From: Vicugna vicugna
Lineage: Eukaryota
Assembly (NCBI GenBank): GCA_013265495.1
Contig: MU057632.1
Coordinates: 790,054 to 854,053, forward strand
Reading direction: 5' to 3'
DNA length: 64,000 nucleotides
In this document: positions 39,464 through 52,109 of the stretch, in pieces
Layout: the number at the start of each line of letters is the position of its first letter
How positions within the stretch are numbered: position 1 is the stretch's first letter
Notes under the pieces: model-generated
Seen by the model: only the letters and a program-made list of their open reading frames with translations
What the model was told of the DNA's origin: nothing
Database searches by the model: none
Position numbers and translations under genes: made by a program

Positions 39464-39838
39464 AAAAATACATTCTGCCTCTAACCTTATCTTTCTGGCC
39501 ACTTCTCATCTCAGATCTGATTCCTTTACCATACAATTTCTCCCAGCAGGAGAAAAAAAAAAAAACAAGTAGCAAACGGAATATAAGACAGTTATTCAAA
39601 AACGATGCTTGTGACACAAATGTTTTCCACTCCCTGTGAAATTTCTTGAGATTAAGGAACAGAATGTTGCAAAGCTTGGGTAAGGGATAAAAAGGGATTC
39701 TGCCTACAAAGCGTTCTGAAAGCAGTAATCAACTGACCACACAGTGATTTCTTTTCAGTTAGAGTCTTGGGGCAGTTTGCATTGTGTTCTAGTGAAAAAA
39801 AGAACGGTCAGGGATGCTGAGCCCCCATCAAAGCCTAC

Positions 39839-39995
39839 CTCTGTAATGGCACATTTGGTAAACGTGAACGCGGCCTTCCCTGATCGTCGCCGCGATGAGG
39901 AGACACGGAACGGGAGCGGTGATGGGTGGCTCTCTGCTGCTCTGGCACAGTTAACGTTGCAGGTTTACTTTCTCTAGCACTAGACCTATAACCTA
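39839..39995 (-). CDS. RIMS1: RIMS1 exon (157 nt, or 154 nt via NAGNAG): (V)GYRSSARESKPATLTVPEQQRATHHRSRSVSPHRGDDQGRPRSRLPNVPLQ
   Basis: gccag|TAG|GT TAT AGG TCT...TTA CAG AG|gtaggc. Confidence 0.95.
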
Positions 39996-41219
39996 CTGGC
40001 AAGAGGATACACAAAAAATTAGCCAGTTTTCTTGTATAATGCCAACATTCATATGGAGATATGAAATTCTATTTAAAGCAGACACTGACCTATCAGGATA
40101 AATGTCATGCAATTTGTATTGCCAGCCGGGTCTTCAAGACTATAAAGTATCTGAACACAGAGTGTAACATACGCATGCGTGAGAATAGGTTACAGTCTGG
40201 CTCTAAGGTACCACGGAGATGCTGAAGGTGAACACAACAGCTGATGTCCCACACATCAGGGTGCTTGGTTCTATTTTAACTTAAAGAATGAATGAGTTGG
40301 TGATTTTTCAGCAACACAAGTCAAGCACTGGACAGTGAACTGTGATTAACATACAAGTCAATGCTTAGAAATTTGGTGTCTCTTTGAATGTTATTTGATT
40401 TTTCCTACCACAGGACACAGTATTTTAGTTGGCTTTCAGATGGCTTCGATAACAAGAAAATAAAAATGAGATCCTACCAACTGTAATGAACAGACAAGGA
40501 GCAGGTCTTCACTGTAACAAAAACTGATCGTGAATTTTGCAAACCACAGATGATAACTGCAATTTTCAAACGAAAATAGGGAATGGGTGGAGATGACTCT
40601 GGCAATAATGCAGAGGAAATAATGATCAGATCCACCCTGGACATCTGAAATTATCCCACAAATGTGTTAGTAACATAATTAATACCATTCCATAATTAAA
40701 ATTAGAAATAAATTCTAAAAGTCATTCTCCCTTGAAGCAAAAGGTTTCTACGATGTCTAACTTAGTTAAAGCAGCAACCTCACATCCATGGTAACAATTT
40801 GCTTAAATTTTTTTTCACAAGGGTCCTTACTGCTATTATTGGAAGGGTAATAAAAAGTTCTGTGGCCAAAGAAAAAATAATTATATTTACAACTACATAA
40901 AATGCACATGAACTATGAAAACATTAAAGTTAACCAGGCAGTTTGAACTGTTGTTCATTTATTTACTTGATAGCTCCCATGTTATTTTCAAAATATGCCT
41001 TGTAACATCATTATTAAAGGCAGACTAACACTAACATTCCCTAGCAGTTTATTTGTTGGCGTTATATAATCTTTTCACTAAGCTTAGAGTATAAGGAAGG
41101 TTTTTAAACATTTCATAAAGTCCAATGTGGCCATATTCACACCAAAGAAGCTCAGCCCTTTTGTCACTCTTGAAAAACATCAGTAAATCATCACATGATA
41201 CAACCAAAAGGGGGTGGGG

Positions 41220-41360
41220 CTGAGGATGTAGCTCAGTGGTAGAGCGAGGGCTTAGCAAGCGCCAGGTCCTGGGTTCAATCCCCAGTACCTCCATCAAAAT
41301 ACACAAATAAACAGACCTAATTACCTCCCCGTCAAAGCAAAATTAAATAATATAACTATA
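41220..41360 (+). mobile_element. Vic-1-type SINE
   Basis: ggatgtagctcagtggtagagc...gcttagc...ggtcctgggttcaatccccagtacctcca...cctaattacctcccc. Confidence 0.87.
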
Positions 41361-42190
41361 AGCAATATAATTAATAATTTCATACACTTTCATTTTATGG
41401 CAAAATTAATAGCAATTCAGCTGTTATTTTGAATTTCATGTAGAAAGTTTCCTTGTTGTTCAGATGTACAAATTGTAATATTAACTCTAGAGGGAGACCA
41501 ACTAAATTTACATGTAGTAAACTTATTTCACAGCTCATTATAAAAAATAGTGGCTGTGTTTAAAGATAACGAATCCAAAGTCTGAATTACTTAACCATTT
41601 AAAATTATTATTTGGTATCATTTGGTAATATTTGGTATCAGTTATATAATAATTTTAGAAGGTCAGTATTGAATTGGGAGCACCATTTTGAGATTTCAAT
41701 AGCTATTCAAGGTATATGAATAGAACCATTAGGTTTGGAGTAATTAATTACCGTGAAGTAACTTTTAGAGAATTTAGGCATCTTGCTGTTAAAAGGGTAT
41801 AGGGAACTATTTTCTTGGGTTCTTTGTATTTACACAGAAAATAATGTCTTTTTTATCCTATGCTAATATTCACTCATAGTTCTTCATCCGCTTTTTTGTA
41901 ATACTTTGTTTTTTCACATTATATTGAATTTATTGTTGAGAACAGGCACCCTACCTCCAGAAGAAGGTAAGAGGGAACTGTTAGTTTATGCTCATTTCAA
42001 TGTTTCAGTGGTTCAAAGTTAGAAGGTTTTTGTTTTTTTCCATTTTCTGAATTTGCAGGAATGGTCTGAAAGTTGAGGTTGCCAGGTATCTCGCCCTAGA
42101 TGAAGGCATTCTGTGTGTGTTTATTTTTATTCTTCTTAAGCAGCTAATATTATTAACTTATTTATTTATGAACTTGGCTCTTTTCCCTTG

Positions 42191-42490
42191 TTACTTACTT
42201 ACTTACTTACTTACTTATTTATTTATTTATTTATTTATTTTAGTGGGGGTACTGGGGACTGAACCCAGGACCTTGTGCATGCTAAGCATGTGCTATACCA
42301 CTGAGCTATACCCTCCCTTCTAGGTTGTTTGGTTGTTGTTGTTTTCTTTTCTTTTTTTCGTTTTTTTCGGTTTTGTCTCTGGGTTTTCTTTAATGGAGAT
42401 ACTAGGGACTGAACCCAGGAACTCGGGAGTGAACCTAGGACCTCGTGCATGCTAAGCATACACTCTACCACTGAGCTATACCCTCCCTCC
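42191..42490 (-). mobile_element. Two tandem Vic-1-type SINE units with a (TTAC)n/(TTTA)n tail
   Basis: Heads at ~42242-42319 and ~42392-42490 on the reverse strand; the latter has a ~20-bp internal duplication. Confidence 0.85.
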
Positions 42491-42657
42491 TATTTTAAAT
42501 CACAGTAAGTCCATGACAACCTTAAAGGTAACAAAATGTAGTCTCAGCTGCTTCTAGACCTCAGCCTCCCCAAGCGGAGAAAGATGGTAACACATCGAAC
42601 AAGAGCCCAGCACCAGGAGTTCTGGAGAAGCCTAGGTATTAGAAAGTGGAAGGTTCA

Positions 42658-42725
42658 CTTTGCTGTACACCTGAAACTAACATTGTAAATCAGCTACAAT
42701 TCAATGAAAAATAAAATTTAATAAA
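42658..42725 (+). mobile_element. Very short L1 3' end insertion
   Basis: ctttgctgtacacctgaaactaacattgtaaatcagctac...A-rich tail; perfect 15-bp TSD aaagtggaaggttca at 42643 and 42726. Confidence 0.82.
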
Positions 42726-43012
42726 AAAGTGGAAGGTTCAGCTGTGGTAGAACATCTAAGTGAAATGGGTGAGTGTCTTTAGGAAACACACAACCAGAAA
42801 ATTCACTGATGCCGTAAACATAGGTAGAGTTGACATCCACCTGGGAACCGATTTCTCTCCATACTGGACTCCAGGAAACATAGAAGCAAACTTGTAATCA
42901 GCCTGTAAGAGTGCATGGTCATCTATAAAAGTGCTATTTATTAACTTACCCTGGTACTTGAGTTTCTTGCCCTTATTTTACAATCTTTCTTCTTTATTTA
43001 AAATATATCATA

Positions 43013-43175
43013 GGGGGGCAGGTATAGCTCAGTGGTGGAGTACATGCTTAGCATGCATGAGGTCCTGGGGTCAGTTCCCAGTACTCCATTAAAAAAGGAA
43101 GAATAAATTAACCTAATAACCTCCTCCCAAAATAAAATAAAATAAATTTTTAAAAAGTCTTTTAAATAAAAAAAA
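43013..43175 (+). mobile_element. Vic-1-type SINE
   Basis: ggtatagctcagtggtggag...gcttagcatgcatgaggtcctgggg...cctaataacctcc plus an A-rich tail. Confidence 0.85.
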
Positions 43176-45148
43176 CCTGTATCATGTATTACTGTGTGAC
43201 TTGCTACATTACATTTGCCACACAGGGACATCTTTAGAAGCAATCCATTTTGGATCAATGAAGAAAACCCCTAGAAACACAAATAAATTCCATTATCTCC
43301 TTTATTAATTTATGAAGAAATCTCTGGAACATAAGATATTATTTATCAGCTTATGTAATTTATTAATAATAATCTACTAAAAGTTTGCCTCCTTGCATTT
43401 TAAACACTAAATAAAAATGAATATTGTTTGAAATGACATTTAGACACTACTTCCAGGTGATAAAAGGGATTATATATGGCATCCATCAGTATGGAATATA
43501 AATATATCCAGAATTCAGAATACTAATACCACTGTAGTCAGTCCTAAAACTCCCATTTTGGCTGTTATCCAGGTGATCCCTCAGGGAAAGAAGAAGAAAT
43601 CCATTGTTTTTAGTAAATATTTATTGAATTCGCCCTTCATTCATTCACTGTCCTGTCTCATGATAAAAATACAAAATTTTAGGTGAATAAAATGTGAGAA
43701 CCACCCACAGAAAGTAAATTCTATTTAGATGAGTTGGAAATGACATTAAGTTGGATTAACAAGCCAAGACTTTTGTTAGAAACGTTTGTTGACTTTCCTA
43801 TCAGGAATCAACTGATGCCTACTTACATATGCCAAGGCACACCATGCACAATTACTTTTCCTCTGTCAATTTCATGAAAAAGCAATATTCTGTTACATTT
43901 CGTGTGGAGTTTTCTGGGTAGAATGTGTCTAATTATTATGATCCTTTTAGAAATGAACAAAATCAGAAAGTGAAATATGAGATGTTATCCACAGTTCTCC
44001 ACTGTTGTTTAAAACTCTCATGGACGGTCTGATACCGAAGAGAAATGTCTCAGTGTATAGATAGCCACAGAACCAGATTTATGGCAGGATATCTGCTACG
44101 TTCATACAGCAATCAAGTACTTTATTTTCTCTGAATCACACAGAGCAAATCAAACCTAGTTTTAGGGAATTCTCCATAATTTTTTCCTAGTTTTAATAAA
44201 GTCATATGCATCTCACTAAATTGTGAACCTCATCACCAGTGTGGTATCTGTCTATTGACCAAAATCACTGCCCTCAAATTAAGTGCATCCCCATCCGGGA
44301 CATTATGCAAATTAAGGGGACATACATCAACATCATCCTAAAGAAATGTCTTTAATAACTCATATTTATATATCCCAAGATTTTCCCTTTAATTTCTTCT
44401 GACTTGAATATTTCCTTACTTTGTATTAGTAAGTAAAAGGATCATGATTAGGGCCCCAAAAAGAAGCCTTTACTACTTGGTTTTACTCACTTTCTGACTA
44501 GAGTCTGATGAGAAATGTAGATTTGAACTGTACAATGTCACAGAAATTTTACTCATTTATACAACAGCTAAAGGATGTTGACTTAAAACGAATACTGAAT
44601 CTTTCTAAAGCATTTTCTTTTTTTAAAACATACATACACGTTCTGGGTATAATCAGCGGTGAGCACATCACGAAAGCATTAAAAGGTAAGCCATGCCACA
44701 TGCACTTTGAAACCCTGCCATGCACCTGTCTCAGTATATTCCATGGAAGGCTACGTTATTTTCAGAAACAGAGGAAGGAAAAATCAGAGACACACAATAG
44801 AAAACGTCGGAAAACGGAATTTTTATTTAAAAAAATTCACCATATCCTTTCAAAACAACCTTCAGATTTTCACTTATGCCCAGAGCATCGTGAAATGCTG
44901 ATTTTAACGTCGCTAGCCATGCTGCTGAGGACGAACCTGACTAAATTAAGTGGGGGTGTTCGTGAGTAGTCACCAGTCCGTATTAAACTTGCTTAATAAT
45001 TTGGAACACAAGTCACCATGGAATAATATAATACAGACTTCTCTGTGTTATAAATCTCCAGCTGAGTGCCCCCAAAGAAGTCTGGAAATCAGCAGTGAAA
45101 GCAAACAGAGCAGCTCAGGGAAGCCGGCCATGCGCTCCCCCCACGCAC

Positions 45149-45220
45149 CTGGAGGGACCACTCCAATGCCATCATCAGCCTCATAATCTGAGATGTCACT
45201 GTCACTGATTCGCTGAGACC
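45149..45220 (-). CDS. RIMS1: RIMS1 exon (72 nt): (R)SQRISDSDISDYEADDGIGVVPP
   Basis: tgcag|GG TCT CAG CGA ATC...CCT CCA G|gtgcgt. Confidence 0.95.
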
Positions 45221-45344
45221 CTGCACAACAGGAAGGGAAACAGATGCCTCCGTCTGCTCGGTTCAGGAAACGTCAAGGACACCACCAAGTTTTCTTTTTG
45301 CTTAAAAAAATGCTAATGACATTATAACTAAGTACTTCTTTCTT

Positions 45345-45885
45345 TTTCTCACTGGATTACTGGTTGATTACATAGGGTAGTAAAGGACACGAATGAGCAG
45401 CCAGAGGAAGAGACACATGGGGGGCAGCTGAAGGGCCAAAAGCACAGAGACCCTTCTGACCTGCAGAGGTTGGGGCGCACCCCCCACCCCAGCCCCAGGA
45501 CCTGGATGCATTCTTGTTCACCGACCTGGCAGCTCTCTGGACACCGTTCTTTTAAGCGTTTTTATGGAGGCATCATTATGTAAGCATGATTGACCTAATC
45601 ACTGGCAACTAGTGGTTAATTCAACCTCCAGCCCTCTTGCCTCCCTGGATAGAGGCACTATGTGAGGCTGCAAGTTCCAACCCTCTAATCACAGGCAACC
45701 AGCTCCCATCCTTAGGGGCTTTTCAAAAGTCACTGCATTAACAAACTGAGGCAAGTCTGAAGGTGAACCACAAGAGCCACCTTCTCTCTCTTATCACTTA
45801 GGAAATGCCAAGGGTTTTAGGAATTCTGCTAGGAATGCGGATTAAGACCAGATACATATATTTCTACTTATAAATCAGAATATTC
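45345..45885 (-). mobile_element. MER21-like LTR (partial solo LTR)
   Basis: Blocks tttatggaggcatcattatgtaagcatgattga, aagttccaaccctctaatcaca and ccaagggttttagg...aagaccagatacatatatttc resemble MER21 as recalled. Confidence 0.68.
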
Positions 45886-46981
45886 TACTATCTACTTATC
45901 TATATCAATGAGAGATCCACCGGTGAAACAGAACCATTAGGAAGTGATATATATCCAGCAAGGTAAGTATGACTGAGTACTTTGGAACAAGAATAATAAG
46001 TTTACACTGAGCTGACTTTAAAGGGATATTTGTTCTCCAAGGATAACATCTTCTCTGTATCCCTGTAGTCACTGAAGACATATAGAGGGAAGGGGATTTC
46101 GATGAATAGTATTTTGACTTTTCAAATTATTTTCTAAGCGAGGTATTACATGAAAGTCTAGAGCAAAGTGTATATTATTTTCTACCCAAGGAAGCACCCA
46201 CCTCTGCAGTTCAGGAAGGATGGGGCTGAGTGGTAAGATTCAAAGAGACCTTTCTTGGCTGGAACTCTCTTGAGCTCATATTCCTAAAAGGACGTCAGGG
46301 CCCTTTATAAAATATTCATGTTTAGCCTTCCAAATTAGCCATTATACTGCATTAAACATCAATTTTGAGGAAGTGAGTGATCAGAGAAGCACTAACATGA
46401 AATATTTAATTATAGGAGGAAAACAGTTTGGTTCCAGATGACCAAAATGAGGCTTCTAAGTTTCATTTGTTCAATTAGAGATTTAGTCACCATGCAAAAA
46501 TTAATGAATAAGTGCAGGAAAAAAATACTGTTTTTCCCCATCACCAGATGAATAACAGCAAACCTACTTTAGACTGCTTTTGAATAAAAAATGTTTCTTA
46601 TGAATAACAACACTAAAAATATCCAGGAATTATACAGTGATTAAGACCTTATATGTGGCTATCTACCAATAATGACAGAAATTATCCTATCAGTCAACCA
46701 CTGCACAACTCAATTACTCGTGGGCAAAGAATTGTAATTTTAGAGGTTTTAAACTTTCAGTTCTGGAATTATTCCCACTATATTATATACATATACATAC
46801 ATACATATTACTCCCGTTGGGTAAATGGGGGAAATGGTGTTGCCAAGTCTCTCTACATAGATGAATAATTTTTTGATATTTTGATCTCTGATAAACATAT
46901 GAAAAAGCATCTTGAATGTTAATGTCTAAGTGGATCACTACAACACAGTTACTTCTGGGAACTGAAAGACCTTTAACCTAC

Positions 46982-47135
46982 TTTGTAGTTTTTTGCTGGC
47001 GGTTTCCCCATGAATGTGTCTCCTCGGCAGGAAAGGTGATGGCTGAGGAAGAGGTAGTGAGGACTCATCGTGTGTCTGAAGCTTGTACCAGTGTGGTTCA
47101 TCGTCTAGCAGTGCTGTCTCCAGTTCTATGAGGAT
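46982..47135 (-). CDS. RIMS1: RIMS1 exon (154 nt), end of C2A: ILIELETALLDDEPHWYKLQTHDESSLPLPQPSPFLPRRHIHGETASKKLQ
   Basis: ttcag|ATC CTC ATA GAA CTG...CTA CAA A|gtaggt; 127-nt intron from the previous exon. Confidence 0.96.
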
Positions 47136-47262
47136 CTGAAAGGGCAGTTCTCAGGTTAGACCAAGCACCTTTCCCACAACATAAGACAAAAGCAATCAGA
47201 ATTAACACACATCACAGAAGCGACATGAAGCATCTGACTTGAACCTTCACCATATACATCAC

Positions 47263-47434
47263 CTCGCCAAGAAATTCACTCTCTTCTTCTTGCACTCTTG
47301 GTTGATCCCACACAGTTATTTCTAACATTCGTTCTCTAAAATCTCTACGATGCACATGTGAATAGACAAAAGTTTGATTCCATTTGGGTTCTAGTACTTT
47401 CTTGACTGTTTTGGTTCTCCTTTTACTTTTATCG
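47263..47434 (-). CDS. RIMS1: RIMS1 exon (172 nt), C2A: (S)DKSKRRTKTVKKVLEPKWNQTFVYSHVHRRDFRERMLEITVWDQPRVQEEESEFLGE
   Basis: ttcag|C GAT AAA AGT AAA AGG...GGC GAG|gtgatg; C2 PxWNQTF and ITVWD motifs. Confidence 0.97.
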
Positions 47435-47670
47435 CTGAAAAATAAGTAGGTTTTGTAAATGAAAAAGCAAAAAACAAGTGAACACTGCCATCTACTGTAG
47501 TTAAATGGAATACTGCTACTGGGTTGTTGACCATGTTTAATTCATCACTTTTAACTTAAGAGTCTGAAAGGCCTTGAATTTAATACGATTCTAGCTTTAA
47601 CTACCATGCAAGCAGTAGTTACGATTATAGATCTGCATACACAAAGGTACATTCTAAAGACGTAGCTATC

Positions 47671-47829
47671 GGGGGAGGGTAGAGCTCAGTGGTAGAGCAC
47701 ATGTTTAGCCTGCACGAGGTCCTGGGTTCAATCCCCAGGCTCTCCATTAAAAATAAGTAAGTCTAAATAAATAAATAAACCTAATTACCTCCCTTCTCAA
47801 ACAATTTAAAAAGTAAAATTAAAAAAAAT
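47671..47829 (+). mobile_element. Vic-1-type SINE in a C2A intron
   Basis: Full head and tail; 12-bp TSD ga(c/t)gtagctatc at 47659 and 47830. Confidence 0.9.
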
Positions 47830-47987
47830 GATGTAGCTATCAAAGACTAATAGATGTATGAACAAGGTAATGAAAATTTTAAAATTTGATTAGTTTAATG
47901 AAATACAAGGCTTGAGGGAATATTTTTAGGGCTAATATAGTTTATTCCCTCTTAGAGAATTACCTACTATGTTTTAAAACTATATCG

Positions 47988-48085
47988 CAGGTGTATGCAT
48001 ATGTCCAAACTCATCAGAATGTGTATATTAAGTATGTGAAATGTTTGGTATATCAGCTTTGCCTCAATAAAGCTTTAAAACATAA
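47988..48085 (+). mobile_element. Old L1 (L1M) 3' end fragment
   Basis: atgtccaaactcatcagaatgtgtatattaagtatgtg...cctcaataaagct; flanked by aaactatatc on both sides. Confidence 0.62.
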
Positions 48086-48170
48086 ATGAAACTATATCCC
48101 TGGAGAGGAAATTCTACTTTTTTCAATTAGTAAAGACTTTTGCATGTTTTTTTCTTAAATGATCCCCTAC

Positions 48171-48301
48171 CTTCTATCTGGAAGAAAATACATTTTTACA
48201 TAGGGATTCCTGGGACGCCCGTCTACCCGCGGCGGTAGATCTGTTGCCTGCAGCACGTTCACAATTAGCTGGTGGCCCACTTTATCGTACCACAGTTTCA
48301 C
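48171..48301 (-). CDS. RIMS1: RIMS1 exon (131 nt), C2A: VKLWYDKVGHQLIVNVLQATDLPPRVDGRPRNPYVKMYFLPDR
   Basis: ctcag|GTG AAA CTG TGG TAC GAT...GAT AGA AG|gtaggg; C2-domain NPYVK motif. Confidence 0.97.
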
Positions 48302-49775
48302 CTGAGGGCGACGGAGACGGAAATGATTATCTGTAAACACCACGAGGTATTATCACTTTACCAAAAACATATTAAAATTATTTTTTGGAGAAGGGGATTT
48401 TTAATTGCAATATGGTTGAATTAGAGATATTATTTCTGCAAAGAATACCAACTTGAAAGCATAAGCACTTAAAACCTGACTGTTCCTGGCTTTCAAACGT
48501 GACTTACAGACTGGCAGGCATGCGGTGTTGGTTCATACTTTCTTCTGTCATGTTATGATATAAAACTAATGATAAAATTCTTTATCAAAAAACTAAGGGA
48601 AGAGGGGGAGATTGAAATAACTATCCTTGTTTTTAAATGCTCAGTGAAAGTGTTTGGTGATTCTGACTATTTTAACGATGACACCATGACTAAATGCATG
48701 TTGGGGGACCACCTCTAGCTGAGTAAGTCTGGCCTTAGGGACAATATATACAAAATAACTGGGAAGAGAGCAGGCAGCACACGGACCCTGAGCCTCCTTC
48801 CCACCAGGGACTGCAGGTTTCTGCTACTTTTTCTCACCTTTTACAGTTAAGCTGTTACAGGTTAATTTTTGTGAGAGGAGTCAAAGAACAAAGGAAGGTA
48901 CAGTGCATAAATGATGCCTTTAAACAAAGTGAAGGCCAAATGACATTTCTACTAGGACTCATGACAGTCTGAACAAAGAAAAACAAGAAAACCAACACAC
49001 TGAAATACTCCTGTCAAACTCCTAGGAATCAGAACTTTCGCAGTCAATACAGTTTACTTGTGCTGCTGGTGGACAAGGTTAACTTTTAATTTTTTTTAAA
49101 GTTATTAGTTAGTTTTGGGTTTATGGTTAAATAAGAACTCTGAGCATAAATTATTTAGTAGGTATATACTGGAAGACATGTGAGTCACTATAACAAAATA
49201 AGTTATTTTTTCTAAGGGACAGATTAAGAATTCAAACCCGTATCTGTGTCAGTCCGTATCTCTGATCCTAATTAATACCAGAAGTATGTTTTTCCATAAA
49301 AGTGAAGTGGATTTTTTTGTCCCTCTTAAAATAAAGGTGACATGTATGAAAGTTTTACATATATGCTGAAACAAAAAAGATGGCAGGGACCAGACCGAGA
49401 TATTCACCCTACAAAAGAGAGAAGTTAAAACCAAGACAGGTTTTAAAAATAACACCAAGCTTACAGTTTTCGTCTTTGTTTAATTAAAACTAAGAGAAAA
49501 ATGGCAGAAACAGACTAGAGAAATCCACACATTACCCAAGTAGCAAAATATCAACTATTTATAGAATAATTTGAACTTAAGTTATTAATACAAATGTCCT
49601 GTGTTCTACCATAATCTACACAGATGTGGCTTTTCCTAATAATTAGCCACAGTTTCTCTATCCAGATCTCCCCAGATCCCATATTAGGCCACAGCGAGGA
49701 AAACTGTAGGTTTTTCAGACTATTATCAGCAATGAAAAGTTTTGTCAAATGTCTTAAGAAGTTAAAAAAAATTTA

Positions 49776-49857
49776 TGTATACACATTGCTGAACTATTAT
49801 GCAGTACATCACAAATTGACACAACATTGTAAAGTGGCTATACTTCAATAAAAAAAA
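49776..49857 (+). mobile_element. L1 3' end fragment
   Basis: aaattgacacaacattgtaaagtggctatacttcaataaaaaaa, similar to the L1 end at ~61890. Confidence 0.68.
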
Positions 49858-50263
49858 TATACATATGTATTTTAAATTTAAGTTTCTCAAGATCTAGGCT
49901 CAGAAGGTTTTTAAGGAAATACACGATGACTTTTTGAGTTTATTATGTCTAATTGACTCCTTATCTTAGAAACTTTTAATATAGCACAGAAAAAATAATT
50001 GATATTTTATGTACTAATTTTATCATGTATCAATGTTCAGAACATCTGGCACATGGTAGGCACTCAATAAGTATTTTCAAATAAATATATGCATCAAGGA
50101 AAAATCTCATCAATGCATACAAATTGATGAAGTAGATTAGGCTATTAAATGACTATGAATCCATCACAGGCTTCAAAGAAAGGCAACATTTTAAAAAACA
50201 GACTCAGAACAGTAAGCAAATCCAAGTGGTCTCTAATAGCTACAAAAAAAAAAAATCACATAC

Positions 50264-50376
50264 AGAAAGTTGTCCTGGTAAGACTTGCGGGGCATCTTTC
50301 AGAGCTCCAGGGCTTGTTGGAGAAATAACAGAAATGGAAGGTCTTTCCATCTTCTGAGATTCAAACGAACTTGAAC
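50264..50376 (-). CDS. RIMS1: RIMS1 exon (113 nt): (S)SSSFESQKMERPSISVISPTSPGALKDAPQVLPGQLS
   Basis: tttag|GT TCA AGT TCG TTT GAA...CAA CTT TCT|gtatgt. Confidence 0.96.
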
Positions 50377-52097
50377 CTAAAATGAGAAAGAAAAATGTAA
50401 GTACTTTTCAGTAACATGTTGGTAACATACATGTGGACAATAAATATTTTTAATGAAATGTTAAATGCATCTGTGGCCTGTATAAAACCATAATTCAATA
50501 CCAACGTTAAGAGCAGAATGTACATTCAACCAGATAGGCATAGGAAGTTACTGTATCTTCTTTGATTAACTGCTTATTTTAAACATATTTAAAATGATAC
50601 AAACAAAGACTGTATTTACTTGCTTCAATCTTTAAGTCCTGATTTTCTACATTTGTAGAGAATACTGCGAAGTGTAGGCTCCTGGATAACTGCCCACAGA
50701 GTTAAAGGCTTCATGCTTTTAGGAATAATAAAGATGGTACCTGTTATGTTAACTACCTTAGGTCCTACATTATGACATCTATTATATTCTTACAGAAATG
50801 AAAGTGAATGCACATAAAATATAACATATGAGCTGCATCTAAGCTTAGATAGGATTCATCATTGTTTTAGAATGAGACTTACGTTTCCGTCGGTTTTGAT
50901 CTTACAGACCAGTGCCCTGAATGCCTGAGAATGCTGTCTACTGATTCACGCGTGGAGGGGGCTGGCTCCCCACTCAGCCCCTCCGTGAGGCCCTTCTCCC
51001 CTCTTTCGAAATGAAATCCCCTCTCCCCAGATCACTGATAAAGCGTACACAATCAGCAGCATGGAATGTCTGCAGAATGCTATCATCACCTCGACAGATA
51101 CAACCTTGAACCTTTATTAGCCTTACTGAGAAAACACTATTTATGAATCATTTCCCAAGGGTGTATCCTCCACCCTGTTTTTCCCCATACATGCAAATTA
51201 AGCTTAAATTAAACCACATAGAATCATTCTGTACTTTCCAAAGACTTTTAACTATAAGAAACAGTGCTATGAAAGTCTTTGCTACCATGTCCCTTTTATG
51301 AAGTTTTCTTAAGATAATTTGGCTTTTGAGTCTCAGTACAGACACCTCTGCTTCTGTCAGTATGTTTCTAATATCACAGCAAAATGTAGCATCAACACTA
51401 ATAAATTATGCAATTGGCTCCATTTCCCTCTTTATATTGGAAAAACTCAAACCCAAATCTGGGCTCATCACTAGCGGGTATGCAGGACGTGTTGCTATGC
51501 GTTTGCTATACTAACCTAAACTCCACTTCCTTGTTTATCTCACTCATATATTTTCTTTCTTCTTGTAACCATTACTTGTTTTCCCCTTAAATCACCTTGT
51601 GTGTTGTATTTCTATACTCTGGGTTTCAAAATAACACTTGGTGATCAAGCCCAAGTATGAGGGATTTAACACCGATCTGCTGTTAATATCTGGGTCATTT
51701 CCACATTGTCCTTGAAAACATCCTTACACACACCATCACCTTCTGTCATCTGGGCTCATCTGGAATTGCTTTAATGACGAGGGAGCTAATTCAACCCTCT
51801 AGCCTCAGTCCCTTGACCCCTTTATTTATTTCTGCTGAAATTTACCTGTATCCACCTATTCACTTCCATGGTCATATCTGACACGGTTATGCTGTATTAA
51901 AATTAATTGTTAATGTGCCCATTTCCTCCACTAGACAGCTCATGAGCCTGAGCTAATTTCTGGTCAAACTGAATAATCCAGTATCACAACACATTTTATG
52001 CATGGCAAATAGAACTATTACTGATATATTAATTGGGCTCTGTTGACACCCGGTTATGATGCAGAAGGGTATTGCCAATTATGACTTTTCATAGCCA

Positions 52098-52109
52098 TAC
52101 ACACACACA

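Noticed and set aside
41222..41295. tRNA-Ala(AGC)-like sequences, here and at about ten other sites
   Set aside because: They carry a shared non-tRNA 3' segment, A-rich tails and often TSDs, and their stems are degenerate; these are SINEs, not tRNA genes.
44508..44969. 153-aa ATG-initiated plus-strand ORF
   Set aside because: No recognisable domain, AT-rich intronic composition, antisense to RIMS1; a few ORFs of this length are expected by chance in 64 kb.
48302..48332. Upstream cryptic acceptor (tttacag) before the first C2A exon
   Set aside because: The 29-nt extension would frameshift, and the downstream AG restores the known protein.
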